DNA of 36,121 nucleotides from Gemmatimonadota bacterium (lineage in GTDB: Bacteria > Gemmatimonadota > Gemmatimonadetes > Gemmatimonadales > GWC2-71-9): the NCBI GenBank assembly GCA_003221075.1, contig QHUF01000239.1:1-36121 (forward strand), in the 5' to 3' direction. The notes below the pieces were generated by a model. It did no database searches and was not told the DNA's origin. It saw only the letters and a program-made list of their open reading frames with translations. Shown here piece by piece: positions 6,858-15,216 of this stretch. How positions within the stretch are numbered: the first letter of the stretch is position 1; every line of letters begins with the position of its first letter. The translations under genes were made by a program, and so were the position numbers.

Positions 6858-9605
6858 ATCGCGCTCCTTCTCTTTCCAACCATCGCGTCAGCGCAGGTCG
6901 ATCCCTCAGGCAGCTGGCGCACCATCCACACCAAGCATTTCCGCATCCACTTCCGTCCCAGCCTGCGGGCGCGTGCGACACTGGCGGCAGCGGAGGCCGA
7001 GCGAGCGTACGCCCTTCTCTCGAGCGAGCTGCATCCGCCGCGCGGCATCGTCGACGTCACGCTGTCGGACGACGTCGACACACCCAACGGCTTCACGACC
7101 GTCTTTCCATCCAACCGCTTCACGATTCTGCTCGTCCCGCCGGTGACGGATCCCGCGCTGCAGACCTACGACGGCTGGGAACGGCTCGTGATCGTACACG
7201 AGCTGACGCACGTCTTTCATCTCGATCGCTCGCGTGGCCTATGGAAAACACTGCAGTCGGTGTTTGGCCGCGTGCCTGGTCTGTTTCCCAACCAGTACCA
7301 GCCGACCTGGGTCACTGAGGGCCTCGCGACGTACTACGAGTCACGATTTACGACCGGGGGCCGCGCGGACGGCAGCTTTCACCGCGAGGTCGTGGGCGCC
7401 GACGCCGCGTTCGGGCGCGCCCGGTCTCCGTGGGACGCGCTGCTGTTCACCCGGTGGCCCGATGGGCTCGCGCCCTACGCGTATGGCAGCCGCTTCTGGG
7501 AATTCCTGTCGCGCGATGTGAATGACTCGATCGTCCCGCGCTTCGTCGAGAAGACGGCCGGTCAGTTCATTCCATTCCGCGTGGGCCGCCCGCTGCGGCA
7601 TGCGGGGGTGCCGCGGCCGCTCGCCGATGCGTGGTCGCGCGCGATCGCGACGGCCGTGCCGGACACGCAACCCGGAGTACGAAGTCAGCTGGTTGTGGGC
7701 GGCCTGCGCGCCGAGCCCGTGCCGCGCCTGTCGCCCGACCGGCGCAGTCTGGCGTACGTGTACGACGACGGCCGCGGCGCCCGGCGGTTGCGCGTCGTGG
7801 ATCCGCAGAACGGTGCCGTGCGTCGCTCGCATCGCGTGAACGGCGGGGTGAGCTACGATTGGCTGGGCGATACGCTGATCGTCGCACAGCTCGAGTTCCG
7901 CACCCGCTGGAAAATTCGCAGCGACCTGTGGCGCTGGTTCCCGAACGGCGCGTGGCAGCGCATGACGACCGACGCGCGCCTGATCGAGCCGCGCGCGGGT
8001 GGCGGCACGCTATCGGCGCTCAAGCTGGCCGACGGCGGCGACACGCCGACAATTCCGGCTGGCGCAATCGACGGGACGTGGGGACCGATCGTGCCGTCGC
8101 CGGACGGACAATGGGTCGTCGCGGCACGCAATCAGGACGGTCACTGGGCGCTGGTGCGCTGGCCGGCCGGTCAGCCGCAGTCGATGACCGTGCTGGCACA
8201 GGCGCCCGGCGCATCCGCGATCGCCGATCCCGTATGGACTGCCGATGGTGAGAGTGTGCTGTTCGTGACCGACGCGGGTGGGTTTCCGCAGATTCATCGG
8301 TGGCGCGAAAGCGACGGCATCGTCCAGTTGACCGCCGAGCCGCTGGGCGCACGCTCGCCGGCGCCGCTGCCTGACGGCCGCATTCTCTTTACGACGCTGG
8401 GGAATGGCGGCTGGGAGCTGCGCCGCGCTGCGCCGCGGCCGATCCCGCTGCCGCCGGCGCCATTGCTGGCCGTCTCGTTCGATTCCGCCCCACGGGTCGT
8501 GCTGCGGGAGACTGGATACTCATCGTGGGGATCGTTGCGGCCGCACTTCTGGATTCCATTGGGCATCAACGCCGGCCAGGCGGGCCACTTCTTTGGCGCC
8601 GCGACGGCTGGTGCCGACGCGGTCGGACGCTATACGTATTTCGCCGAGGCTCAAGTCTCGCCCTCGCAACCGCGGCTGCAGGGCTCCTTCTTCCTTCTGA
8701 GTCAGGCGCTCGGCAATCCCACCCTCGATTTCTACGTCGCCAACCGCTGGTCCCTGGTTGGGATCGACAGCACCGGCCACGTCGTCTCGCAGAACCGTCC
8801 CGAAGGCTCCATCGGGGCCACCCTGGTGGCTCAGCGCTGGCGCAGCTTCATCACGCTGCGCCTCGCGGCGGAATATGAAGGAAGGAGATTCGTCTCGATC
8901 CCCGATACGAACCTCGCCGCCATCTGCACGGGTTGCATCGACCGTGATCGCATCGGCGGGTCGGCGATCCTCGCTCTCGGCTCGGTGGTCTCGGCGCCGC
9001 TGACCGTGTCGCTGCAGGATGGCGCCACGGCGTTGCTGTTGTACCGGCGCAAGCAAGAGCAGGGCACCGCGCGCTTCCTCAACGAAGTCCGCGCCCGTGG
9101 CAACGTTTACCTGCGCCTCGGACCGCGCGTCGGATTCGCGTATCCGGTCCTCGCGCTGCGCGGGGCGATTGGTACGCTCGGTGGGCCGATCAGCGATCGC
9201 TTTGCGATCGGCGGTGTGTCCTCTGGCGGCGTCGAATTCCTGTTTGGGCAGACCGTTGGCGCGTTCCGCACATTCCCTGTGCGGGGGTACGCCGCGGGAA
9301 TCCTGAATGGCCGCCGTGCCGCGACGCTCACGGCCGAGTATCGCATGCCGCTCGCGCTGGTCGGACGCTCGATCGGACACCTGCCGATCGGCGCCGACAA
9401 GCTCGCGCTCGCGGTCTTCGGCGATGTGGGCGACGCGTGGGACGTCGGCGAGCGCGCGCGGTTGCATCGGCTGCGCTCGGTCGGCGCCGAGTTGATCGCC
9501 GACATGACCGTGACCTACGACGTGCCGCTGCGCCTCCGTTTTGGCCTCGCGCAGCCGGCCACCGGACACGCGCAGTTCTACGCTGCGTTCGGCGCGGATT
9601 TCTGA
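6816..9605 (+). CDS. Chimeric outer-membrane protein: HExxH (gluzincin-like) peptidase domain + PD40/TolB-like beta-propeller + Omp85/surface-antigen-like C-terminal beta-barrel
   Basis: VIVHELTHVFH is followed by WVTEGLATYYES. PD40-like units are present (LSPDRRSLAYVYDD, PSPDGQWVVAARNQDG, WTADGESVLFVTD, PLPDGRILFTT). The C-terminal barrel pattern is FPVRGY...EYRMPL...FGDVGDAW...SVGAEL, with the terminal residue Phe (AAFGADF). GTG 6816 gives a clean signal peptide (SLFRVPRSAFHVLIALLLFPTIASA-QV). ATG 6771 is the alternative start. Confidence 0.7.
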   Translation: MSLFRVPRSAFHVLIALLLFPTIASAQVDPSGSWRTIHTKHFRIHFRPSLRARATLAAAEAERAYALLSSELHPPRGIVDVTLSDDVDTPNGFTTVFPSNRFTILLVPPVTDPALQTYDGWERLVIVHELTHVFHLDRSRGLWKTLQSVFGRVPGLFPNQYQPTWVTEGLATYYESRFTTGGRADGSFHREVVGADAAFGRARSPWDALLFTRWPDGLAPYAYGSRFWEFLSRDVNDSIVPRFVEKTAGQFIPFRVGRPLRHAGVPRPLADAWSRAIATAVPDTQPGVRSQLVVGGLRAEPVPRLSPDRRSLAYVYDDGRGARRLRVVDPQNGAVRRSHRVNGGVSYDWLGDTLIVAQLEFRTRWKIRSDLWRWFPNGAWQRMTTDARLIEPRAGGGTLSALKLADGGDTPTIPAGAIDGTWGPIVPSPDGQWVVAARNQDGHWALVRWPAGQPQSMTVLAQAPGASAIADPVWTADGESVLFVTDAGGFPQIHRWRESDGIVQLTAEPLGARSPAPLPDGRILFTTLGNGGWELRRAAPRPIPLPPAPLLAVSFDSAPRVVLRETGYSSWGSLRPHFWIPLGINAGQAGHFFGAATAGADAVGRYTYFAEAQVSPSQPRLQGSFFLLSQALGNPTLDFYVANRWSLVGIDSTGHVVSQNRPEGSIGATLVAQRWRSFITLRLAAEYEGRRFVSIPDTNLAAICTGCIDRDRIGGSAILALGSVVSAPLTVSLQDGATALLLYRRKQEQGTARFLNEVRARGNVYLRLGPRVGFAYPVLALRGAIGTLGGPISDRFAIGGVSSGGVEFLFGQTVGAFRTFPVRGYAAGILNGRRAATLTAEYRMPLALVGRSIGHLPIGADKLALAVFGDVGDAWDVGERARLHRLRSVGAELIADMTVTYDVPLRLRFGLAQPATGHAQFYAAFGADF

Positions 9606-9611
9606 AATCTG

Positions 9612-9640
9612 TTGACCCGCTTCGGGGCGAACCCTAAGTT
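9612..9640 (+). promoter_or_regulatory. Candidate sigma70-type promoter for the second kinase gene
   Basis: TTGACC (9612-9617), a 17-nt spacer, then TAAGTT (9635-9640). GGAGA lies 5 nt upstream of the TTG start at 9665. Confidence 0.4.
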
Positions 9641-9664
9641 AGCCCGGACCCCTCGGAGACCGAA

Positions 9665-11506
9665 TTGTATTGCTCCCGCTGTGGCACTCAGAATAAGGAC
9701 ACCGCGAAGTTCTGCGATTCTTGCGGCCTCGACCTGACCGCGATGACGCCGACCGGCGTGCGCACCGAGGCGCAGGACATCACGGAAATCGACATGGTGC
9801 GTCAGGAGCTCAACGAGGAATACGAAATCATCGAAGAGCTCGGCCGTGGGGGCATGGCGATCGTCTTCAAAGCGAAGGAAAAACAGCTCGACCGCGAAGT
9901 CGCGATCAAGGTGCTGCCGTTCTCCCTCGCGTTCGACAAGGAATTCGTCGAGCGCTTCCAGCGCGAAGCCCGCACCTCCGCCCGGCTCGAGCATCCCAAC
10001 ATCATCCCGATTTACCGCGTCGGAAAATCGGGCCGGATCATCTACTTCGTCATGAAGTTTCTGCGGGGCAAGCCGCTCTCCAGCGTTCTGACGGCGCGCG
10101 GCAGCCTCCCTCCCGCCGAGATCAAAAAGATCCTCGCGGAAGTCGGCCGCGCGCTCGCGTACGCCCATAAGAAGGAAATCGTGCACCGCGACATCAAACC
10201 CGACAACATCATGTTCGACGAGCACGGGCACGCGGTGGTCACCGACTTCGGCATCGCCAAGGCGGCATCGGGCGGCAAGCTCACGGGCACCGGCATGTCC
10301 ATCGGCACGCCGCACTACATGAGTCCCGAGCAGGCCAAGGCGCAGCCGCTCGACGGACGCAGCGACCTCTATTCGCTCGGTGTCGTCGCGTATCAGTGCC
10401 TCACCGGCGGCGTACCGTTCGACGGCGAGGATTCCTTCTCCATCGGCTACAAGCACATCATGGAGGAGATCCCGACCCCACCGCTCGACAATCTCGAGAA
10501 GCGGCAGCTCTTCGAAATCGTCCGAAAGATGATGGCGAAGACGCCGGCCCAGCGGTTCCAGAACGCCGACGAGCTGGTCAACGTACTCGAGAGCGGCCGG
10601 TCGGTCACGTTCACGACCGACGCGACGATGGCGATGCCGTCGCTGACCGGCGCGCGACTCGCCTCCGCGCCGACGACGCCGCTGCCGCGCGCGACCGGCA
10701 CCCGGCCCCCCGGGACGGCCGAGGAGGCGCCGCGCCGCTCGGTGCTCTCAGGGCTGCTGTTGTGGCTCGTCATCGTCGGGGCGGTGTTCGGTGGCGGCGG
10801 GTTCTACGCCTACAAGAAGGGACTGATCTTCGCGAATACCCACGGCGGCGCGGGAGGCGATTCGACCGTGGCGCGGGATACCAGCGGGCGAGACACGACG
10901 CGGCTCGCCGCCGCCGACTCGAGCCGGGACTCGGCGCAGGTGAGAACCACACCGCCCGCTCCACCGGCCATGGGCACGCCGGGTCACCTCGTACTGCAGA
11001 ACGTGCCGACCGGTGCCCGCATCAGTATTGAAGGGCAGCCGGTGCGGGGAAATCAGGTCGACCTGCCGCCGGGCGTCCACCGCCTGACGGTTCGAGCTGC
11101 CGGATATCAGACCTACGATCGCCAGGTCATCATCACGCCTGGGGAGACCTACAACGTTCGGCTGGACATGCAGACCAGCGATGACGGGGGGGGACCCTGC
11201 GATCAGTACGGTCCCGCCTACAATCAGGACAACATCTGCTTCGATACGCGACCGGTCCCGCTGTCCACGACCGTTATTCCCGTGACGCAGGAGGCGGCCA
11301 TTTACCCCCGCCAGGCGATCCTGCTCATCCGCGTATCGCGCAACGGTACGACGATGGAGGCGCGGGTGTTCGTGCCCTCCAATGTGGAAACATTCAACAA
11401 TGAAGCGCTCGACATGGCGAGGAACCTGCGCTGGAATCCTGCTCAGAAGAACGGCGAACCGACCGAAGCGTGGGTCCAGCAGCCGTTCCTGCCGGTACGA
11501 CAGTAA
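9665..11506 (+). CDS. Ser/Thr protein kinase with N-terminal zinc ribbon, TM helix, PEGA-like domain and TonB-C-terminal-like domain
   Basis: The start is TTG. The ribbon is YCSRCGTQNKDTAKFCDSCG. Kinase motifs seen: GRGGMAIVF, AIK, HRDIKPDNIMF, DFGIAK, GTPHYMSPEQ. The TM helix is LLLWLVIVGAVFGGGGFYAY. The PEGA-like segment is LVLQNVPTGARISIEGQPV...LTVRAAGYQTY. The C-terminal TonB_C-like pattern is ILLIRVSRNGT..ARVFVPSNVETFNNEALDMARNLRWNPAQKNGEP. Confidence 0.8.
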   Translation: MYCSRCGTQNKDTAKFCDSCGLDLTAMTPTGVRTEAQDITEIDMVRQELNEEYEIIEELGRGGMAIVFKAKEKQLDREVAIKVLPFSLAFDKEFVERFQREARTSARLEHPNIIPIYRVGKSGRIIYFVMKFLRGKPLSSVLTARGSLPPAEIKKILAEVGRALAYAHKKEIVHRDIKPDNIMFDEHGHAVVTDFGIAKAASGGKLTGTGMSIGTPHYMSPEQAKAQPLDGRSDLYSLGVVAYQCLTGGVPFDGEDSFSIGYKHIMEEIPTPPLDNLEKRQLFEIVRKMMAKTPAQRFQNADELVNVLESGRSVTFTTDATMAMPSLTGARLASAPTTPLPRATGTRPPGTAEEAPRRSVLSGLLLWLVIVGAVFGGGGFYAYKKGLIFANTHGGAGGDSTVARDTSGRDTTRLAAADSSRDSAQVRTTPPAPPAMGTPGHLVLQNVPTGARISIEGQPVRGNQVDLPPGVHRLTVRAAGYQTYDRQVIITPGETYNVRLDMQTSDDGGGPCDQYGPAYNQDNICFDTRPVPLSTTVIPVTQEAAIYPRQAILLIRVSRNGTTMEARVFVPSNVETFNNEALDMARNLRWNPAQKNGEPTEAWVQQPFLPVRQ

Positions 11507-12021
11507 TCCACACCCCCCAAATCCATCCGACCGCGTTCATCGCGCCGACCGCGGCGGTGATGGGCGACGTCACGCTGGGACCGCGCTCGAGCGTCTGGTA
11601 TCACGCCGTGCTGCGCGGGGACATGGCGCCCATCGTGATCGGGGAAGCCACCAACCTCCAGGATGGGACGATCGTGCACGTGGATGAGGGAAAACCGGCC
11701 CTGATCGGAGCGCGCGTAGGCGTGGGCCACCGCGTGATCCTCCACGCCTGCGTGGTGGAGGACGACTGCCTGATCGGGATGGGAAGCATCCTGTTGAACG
11801 ACGTGCGGGTTGGGACGGGCAGCGTGATCGCCGCAGGTGCCGTGGTGCCGGAAGGGATGCAGGTGCCGCCCGGCTCGCTCGTGATGGGAGTGCCGGCGCG
11901 TGTCGTGCGTCACGTCGATGATGGTCTGCGTGCGCGAATCCGCGGAACGTGGGAGCATTACGTCGCGGAGGCCGAGCGACACCGTCGCGGGGCGTTTCCG
12001 ATCCAGAGAGCAACTTTGTGA
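11470..12021 (+). CDS. Gamma-class carbonic anhydrase family / hexapeptide-repeat (LbH) protein
   Basis: Seen: PQIHPTAFIAPTAAVMGDVTLGPRSSVWYHAVLRGD..IGEATNLQDGTIVHVD..GHRVILHACVV..IGMGSILL. The GTG start at 11470 would overlap the kinase gene by 37 nt, so the true start is uncertain. Confidence 0.75.
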   Translation: MGPAAVPAGTTVIHTPQIHPTAFIAPTAAVMGDVTLGPRSSVWYHAVLRGDMAPIVIGEATNLQDGTIVHVDEGKPALIGARVGVGHRVILHACVVEDDCLIGMGSILLNDVRVGTGSVIAAGAVVPEGMQVPPGSLVMGVPARVVRHVDDGLRARIRGTWEHYVAEAERHRRGAFPIQRATL

Positions 12022-12151
12022 TGTTGATACTCGGAGTGCGAGACGCGCCAACGCGAGTCTTCAGTCTTGCCGGGCTCCAACCACGCGCCTACCTTGGGCC
12101 TCCACGTTCCGTTAACTTCCTCAATTCAACTCGATCGGCCGTGAGAGTCGC

Positions 12152-14608
12152 ATGACTGCATCTGAAGCCCGCCATAGTCTCGACCTGAACGCCAACGCGC
12201 TCACTGTCCTCGAGCGCCGCTATCTGGTGAAGGACGACCACGGGAAGCCGGTGGAGCGTCCTGAGGACCTGTTTTGGCGGGTGGCCCGGACCATTGCGGC
12301 TCCCGACCGGACCTATGGCGCGTCCGACCGTGCTGTGGAGAGCCTCGCCGAGACGTTTTTTGAGCTCATGGCGACGCGGGTGTGGATGCCCAATTCTCCC
12401 ACCCTGATGAACGCCGGTCGTCCCCTCGGTCAGTTGTCCGCGTGCTTCGTGCTCCCGGTGGAAGACGCCCTCTCCAATGGGCGCTCGGGCATCTACGACA
12501 CCCTGCGGGCCATGGCGCTGGTGCATCAGTCGGGCGGTGGGACGGGGTTCTCGTTCTCCCGTCTGCGCCCCAAGAATGACGTGGTTCGCTCGACGATGGG
12601 CGTCGCCTCCGGGCCCGTGTCGTTCATGAAGCTGTACGACGCCTCGACGGACGTCGTGAAGCAGGGTGGGACGCGGCGCGGCGCCAACATGGGCATCCTG
12701 CGCGTGGATCATCCCGACATCCTGGACTTCATTCACTGCAAGGACGACCTGACGCAGGTCACGAACTTCAACATTTCCGTCGCGGTCACGGATGCCTTCA
12801 TGCTGGCGCTCGAGGCGGGGAAGTCCTACGACTTGATCCATCCTCGCACCGGCAAAGTCGTCGGGCAGCTCGACCCGCGCGAGGTCTTCAAGCAGATCGT
12901 GCACGGCGCCTGGAAGACGGGTGAGCCGGGCGTGTTCTACATCGATCGCGCGAACCACTACAACCCGGTGCCGCACCTCGGGAGCTACGAGGCCACCAAC
13001 CCCTGCGGCGAGCAGCCGCTGCTTCCCTACGACGTGTGCAACCTCGGCTCGATCAACGTCGGTCTCTTCATCAAGAAGGGCGATGTGGATTGGGACGGCC
13101 TGCGCACGGCGGTACATCTCTGCACCCACTTCCTCGACAACGTCATCGACGCGAACAAATACCCGCTCGCGGAGATCGACGACCTCGCGAAGCGCATCCG
13201 CCGCATCGGTCTTGGGATCATGGGCTGGGCGGACCTGCTTGTCCGGCTCGGCATCCCGTACAACTCCGATGCAGGCGTCGCACTCGGCCGCCGAATGATG
13301 GAGTTCATCGACGAGGAGTCGAAGGTCGCGTCCGAGAAGCTGGCGGAGCAGCGCGGCACGTTCGCGGAGTGGGAGCGCTCCATCTGGGGTCCCGACGCGA
13401 CCTGCGCGCGCGGCGCGCGGGGTGAGCGGATCCGCCCGATGCGCCGCTTGCGCAACTGCAACCTGACGACGGTCGCGCCCACCGGGACGATTTCCATCAT
13501 CGCCGGCTGCTCGTCGGGAATCGAGCCGCTGTTCGCGGTCGCATTCATGCGCAATCAGGCCGGCGTGCTGATGCCCGACGTCAACGAAGACTTCGTGGCG
13601 ATCGCCAAGCGCGAGGGATGGTACTCCGACGACCTGATGAAGCAGATCGCCGAGGCGGGTAACATCCACTTCGACGCGGTGCCGGAGAAGTGGCAGCGCG
13701 TCTTTGTGACCGCGCACGACGTGACGCCCGAGTGGCACATCCAGATGCAGGCGGCGTTCCAGGACTTCACCGACTCGGCGATCTCCAAGACCAGCAACTT
13801 TCCGAATGACGCAACCGAGGAGTACGTCGAGCAGATCTACCGCTACGCCTACCAGCTTGGCTGCAAGGGCGTGACGGTGTACCGCGACGGCGCGCGCGAG
13901 AACCAGGTGCTGTCCACCGGCTCGACCGCGAAGAAAGTGCAGGAAGGGGCAGGGAAGGACGCCCTGGTCGAAGCCCTCGGCCGCATCGCGGAGCTGGACA
14001 CCGAGCTGCATTTGACGAAGGAGCGGCTGCACGACGTCGAGGCGGAGAACCTGCAGCGCCGCGCCAAGCGCTCTCGTCCCGATCTGCTCAAGGGCTCGAC
14101 GCGCCGCGTCGAGTCGCCGCTCGGCACGATGTACGTGACGATCACCGAGGACGACAAAGGCCAGCCATTCGAGGTCTTCATGTCGCTCGGCAAGGCGGGC
14201 GGCGCACTGATGGCGGACGTCGAGGCGGTTGGGCGGCTCATCTCGCTCGCGTTGCGGTCAGGGGTACCGTTGCTCGAGATCTACCGGCAGCTCCGCGGGA
14301 TCTCCTCCGACCGCGCGGTGGGCCTCGGTCCGAACAAAGTGATGTCCGTACCCGACGCGATCGGCATCGCCATCGAGAAATGGATGCAGGAGAAGCAGGG
14401 CGTCCAGCAGGACCTGCTGGAAAGCACCGGCACGACGGCACTGGCGCAGGCGGAGGTCGTGCGGGGCTCGGTGGGCGATGCCGCCCTGCGGGCGGCGCGG
14501 GGACCCGAACAGGACTTCATCGGCGCATGCCCGGATTGCGGCTCGCAGCTGGCGTTTATCGAGGGATGTGCTAAATGTCACGTCTGCGGGTTTTCCGAGT
14601 GTGGGTGA
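12152..14608 (+). CDS. nrdJ: Class II (adenosylcobalamin-dependent) ribonucleotide reductase
   Basis: 818-aa single-chain RNR. Seen: RRYL..D..G...E, PNSPTLMNAGR, SACFVLP, catalytic region NPCGEQPL, and STGS. The C-terminal Cys cluster is CPDCGSQLAFIEGCAKCHVCGFSEC. Confidence 0.9.
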   Translation: MTASEARHSLDLNANALTVLERRYLVKDDHGKPVERPEDLFWRVARTIAAPDRTYGASDRAVESLAETFFELMATRVWMPNSPTLMNAGRPLGQLSACFVLPVEDALSNGRSGIYDTLRAMALVHQSGGGTGFSFSRLRPKNDVVRSTMGVASGPVSFMKLYDASTDVVKQGGTRRGANMGILRVDHPDILDFIHCKDDLTQVTNFNISVAVTDAFMLALEAGKSYDLIHPRTGKVVGQLDPREVFKQIVHGAWKTGEPGVFYIDRANHYNPVPHLGSYEATNPCGEQPLLPYDVCNLGSINVGLFIKKGDVDWDGLRTAVHLCTHFLDNVIDANKYPLAEIDDLAKRIRRIGLGIMGWADLLVRLGIPYNSDAGVALGRRMMEFIDEESKVASEKLAEQRGTFAEWERSIWGPDATCARGARGERIRPMRRLRNCNLTTVAPTGTISIIAGCSSGIEPLFAVAFMRNQAGVLMPDVNEDFVAIAKREGWYSDDLMKQIAEAGNIHFDAVPEKWQRVFVTAHDVTPEWHIQMQAAFQDFTDSAISKTSNFPNDATEEYVEQIYRYAYQLGCKGVTVYRDGARENQVLSTGSTAKKVQEGAGKDALVEALGRIAELDTELHLTKERLHDVEAENLQRRAKRSRPDLLKGSTRRVESPLGTMYVTITEDDKGQPFEVFMSLGKAGGALMADVEAVGRLISLALRSGVPLLEIYRQLRGISSDRAVGLGPNKVMSVPDAIGIAIEKWMQEKQGVQQDLLESTGTTALAQAEVVRGSVGDAALRAARGPEQDFIGACPDCGSQLAFIEGCAKCHVCGFSECG

Positions 14609-14679
14609 ACCTGACGCGACCGGGGTCGCTGTGACTCCAGTCACGACGGGCCCTTGCGCAGCAGGGTAGTCTTCAGGTC

Positions 14680-15069
14680 ATGGAAAGTGCCAACCGAATG
14701 GTCACGCCAACGCGAATGCAGGTGAAGGGTTGGGCTCGCGTGGGTCCCGCGGGCGCACACACCCTGCGGCGTGGCGCATGGTACCCCGTCGTTCGTATCT
14801 CCTCGAGCAACATCGTCGTACTCGACGTCAACCGGCACAACGTGCCGGTCGATCGTCGCTTCCTCGAGATCCGCTATCATCCGCCGGAGCGGTGGACGAT
14901 CGTCCGCTGCGAGCCGCGCGTGATCGAGCGGCTCGGACGAATCTTCCCGCTGACGTACGCGGTCTGTCCGGCATGCAGACATCGGCAGGGCATCGAAGCC
15001 CGGACCAATGACATGACCTGCGATCGTTGTCACAAGGCGGCGGGGATGGCATGGGACGAGCTTTCCTAG
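14680..15069 (+). CDS. Small uncharacterised protein, N-terminal beta-rich region + C-terminal CxxC..CxxC zinc ribbon (paralog 1)
   Basis: 129-aa ORF. Blocks shared with the 15833-16219 product: GWAR, LRRGAWYPVV, PPERWTIV, TYAVCPACRHRQ, CDRCH, WDE. Alternative internal ATG starts exist. Confidence 0.6.
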   Translation: MESANRMVTPTRMQVKGWARVGPAGAHTLRRGAWYPVVRISSSNIVVLDVNRHNVPVDRRFLEIRYHPPERWTIVRCEPRVIERLGRIFPLTYAVCPACRHRQGIEARTNDMTCDRCHKAAGMAWDELS

Positions 15070-15086
15070 AACGCAAAGCGCGGACC

Positions 15087-15212
15087 TGCAAAGACTAGAC
15101 GCACCGACGCGTCGTGGTAAACGGGAAAATGTCAACGGGACAACCTCTGGTAGGGTTGTCCCGTTGCCTGTTTACGGATCCCCGCGGTGCGTCGGTGCGT
15201 CTAGCTTTTGCA
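15087..15212. repeat. 126-nt nested inverted repeat between convergent genes (possible bidirectional terminator or REP-like element)
   Basis: The outer 24-nt arms are TGCAAAGACTAGACGCACCGACGC (15087-15110) and GCGTCGGTGCGTCTAGCTTTTGCA (15189-15212), complementary at 22/24. A middle GTAAAC/GTTTAC pairing follows. The central stem is a perfect 13 bp, CAACGGGACAACC (15133-15145) with GGTTGTCCCGTTG (15154-15166). T-rich runs follow the stem on both strands. Confidence 0.85.
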
Positions 15213-15216
15213 TGTC

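Noticed and set aside
12022-12151. Possible cobalamin riboswitch or NrdR box upstream of nrdJ.
   Set aside because: The leader is only ~130 nt and contains no B12-box-like sequence or NrdR-box palindrome that I can recognise. Only a weak hairpin is present around 12042-12062, likely ending the upstream gene.
12089-14032. 647-aa ORF on the minus strand, antisense to nrdJ. Similar long antisense or off-frame ORFs occur at 288-1295, 1421-2485, 8520-9569, 9578-10456, 17243-18481, 19135-20175, 20435-21697, 21631-22488, 22527-23279, 25658-26629, 28469-29386, 33132-34349 and 34480-35727.
   Set aside because: These are typical stop-poor shadow frames of high-GC DNA. Their translations are Arg/Ala/Gly/Pro-rich with no recognisable motifs. 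The opposite or alternative frame encodes proteins with clear family signatures in every case.
14611-14650. Two small hairpins after nrdJ (GCGACCGGGGTCGC at 14616-14629 and GTGACTCCAGTCAC at 14631-14644) as a terminator.
   Set aside because: The stems are only 5 bp, with no T-tract, and the next gene starts 30 nt later. Co-transcription with the downstream small gene seems as likely, so it is not annotated.
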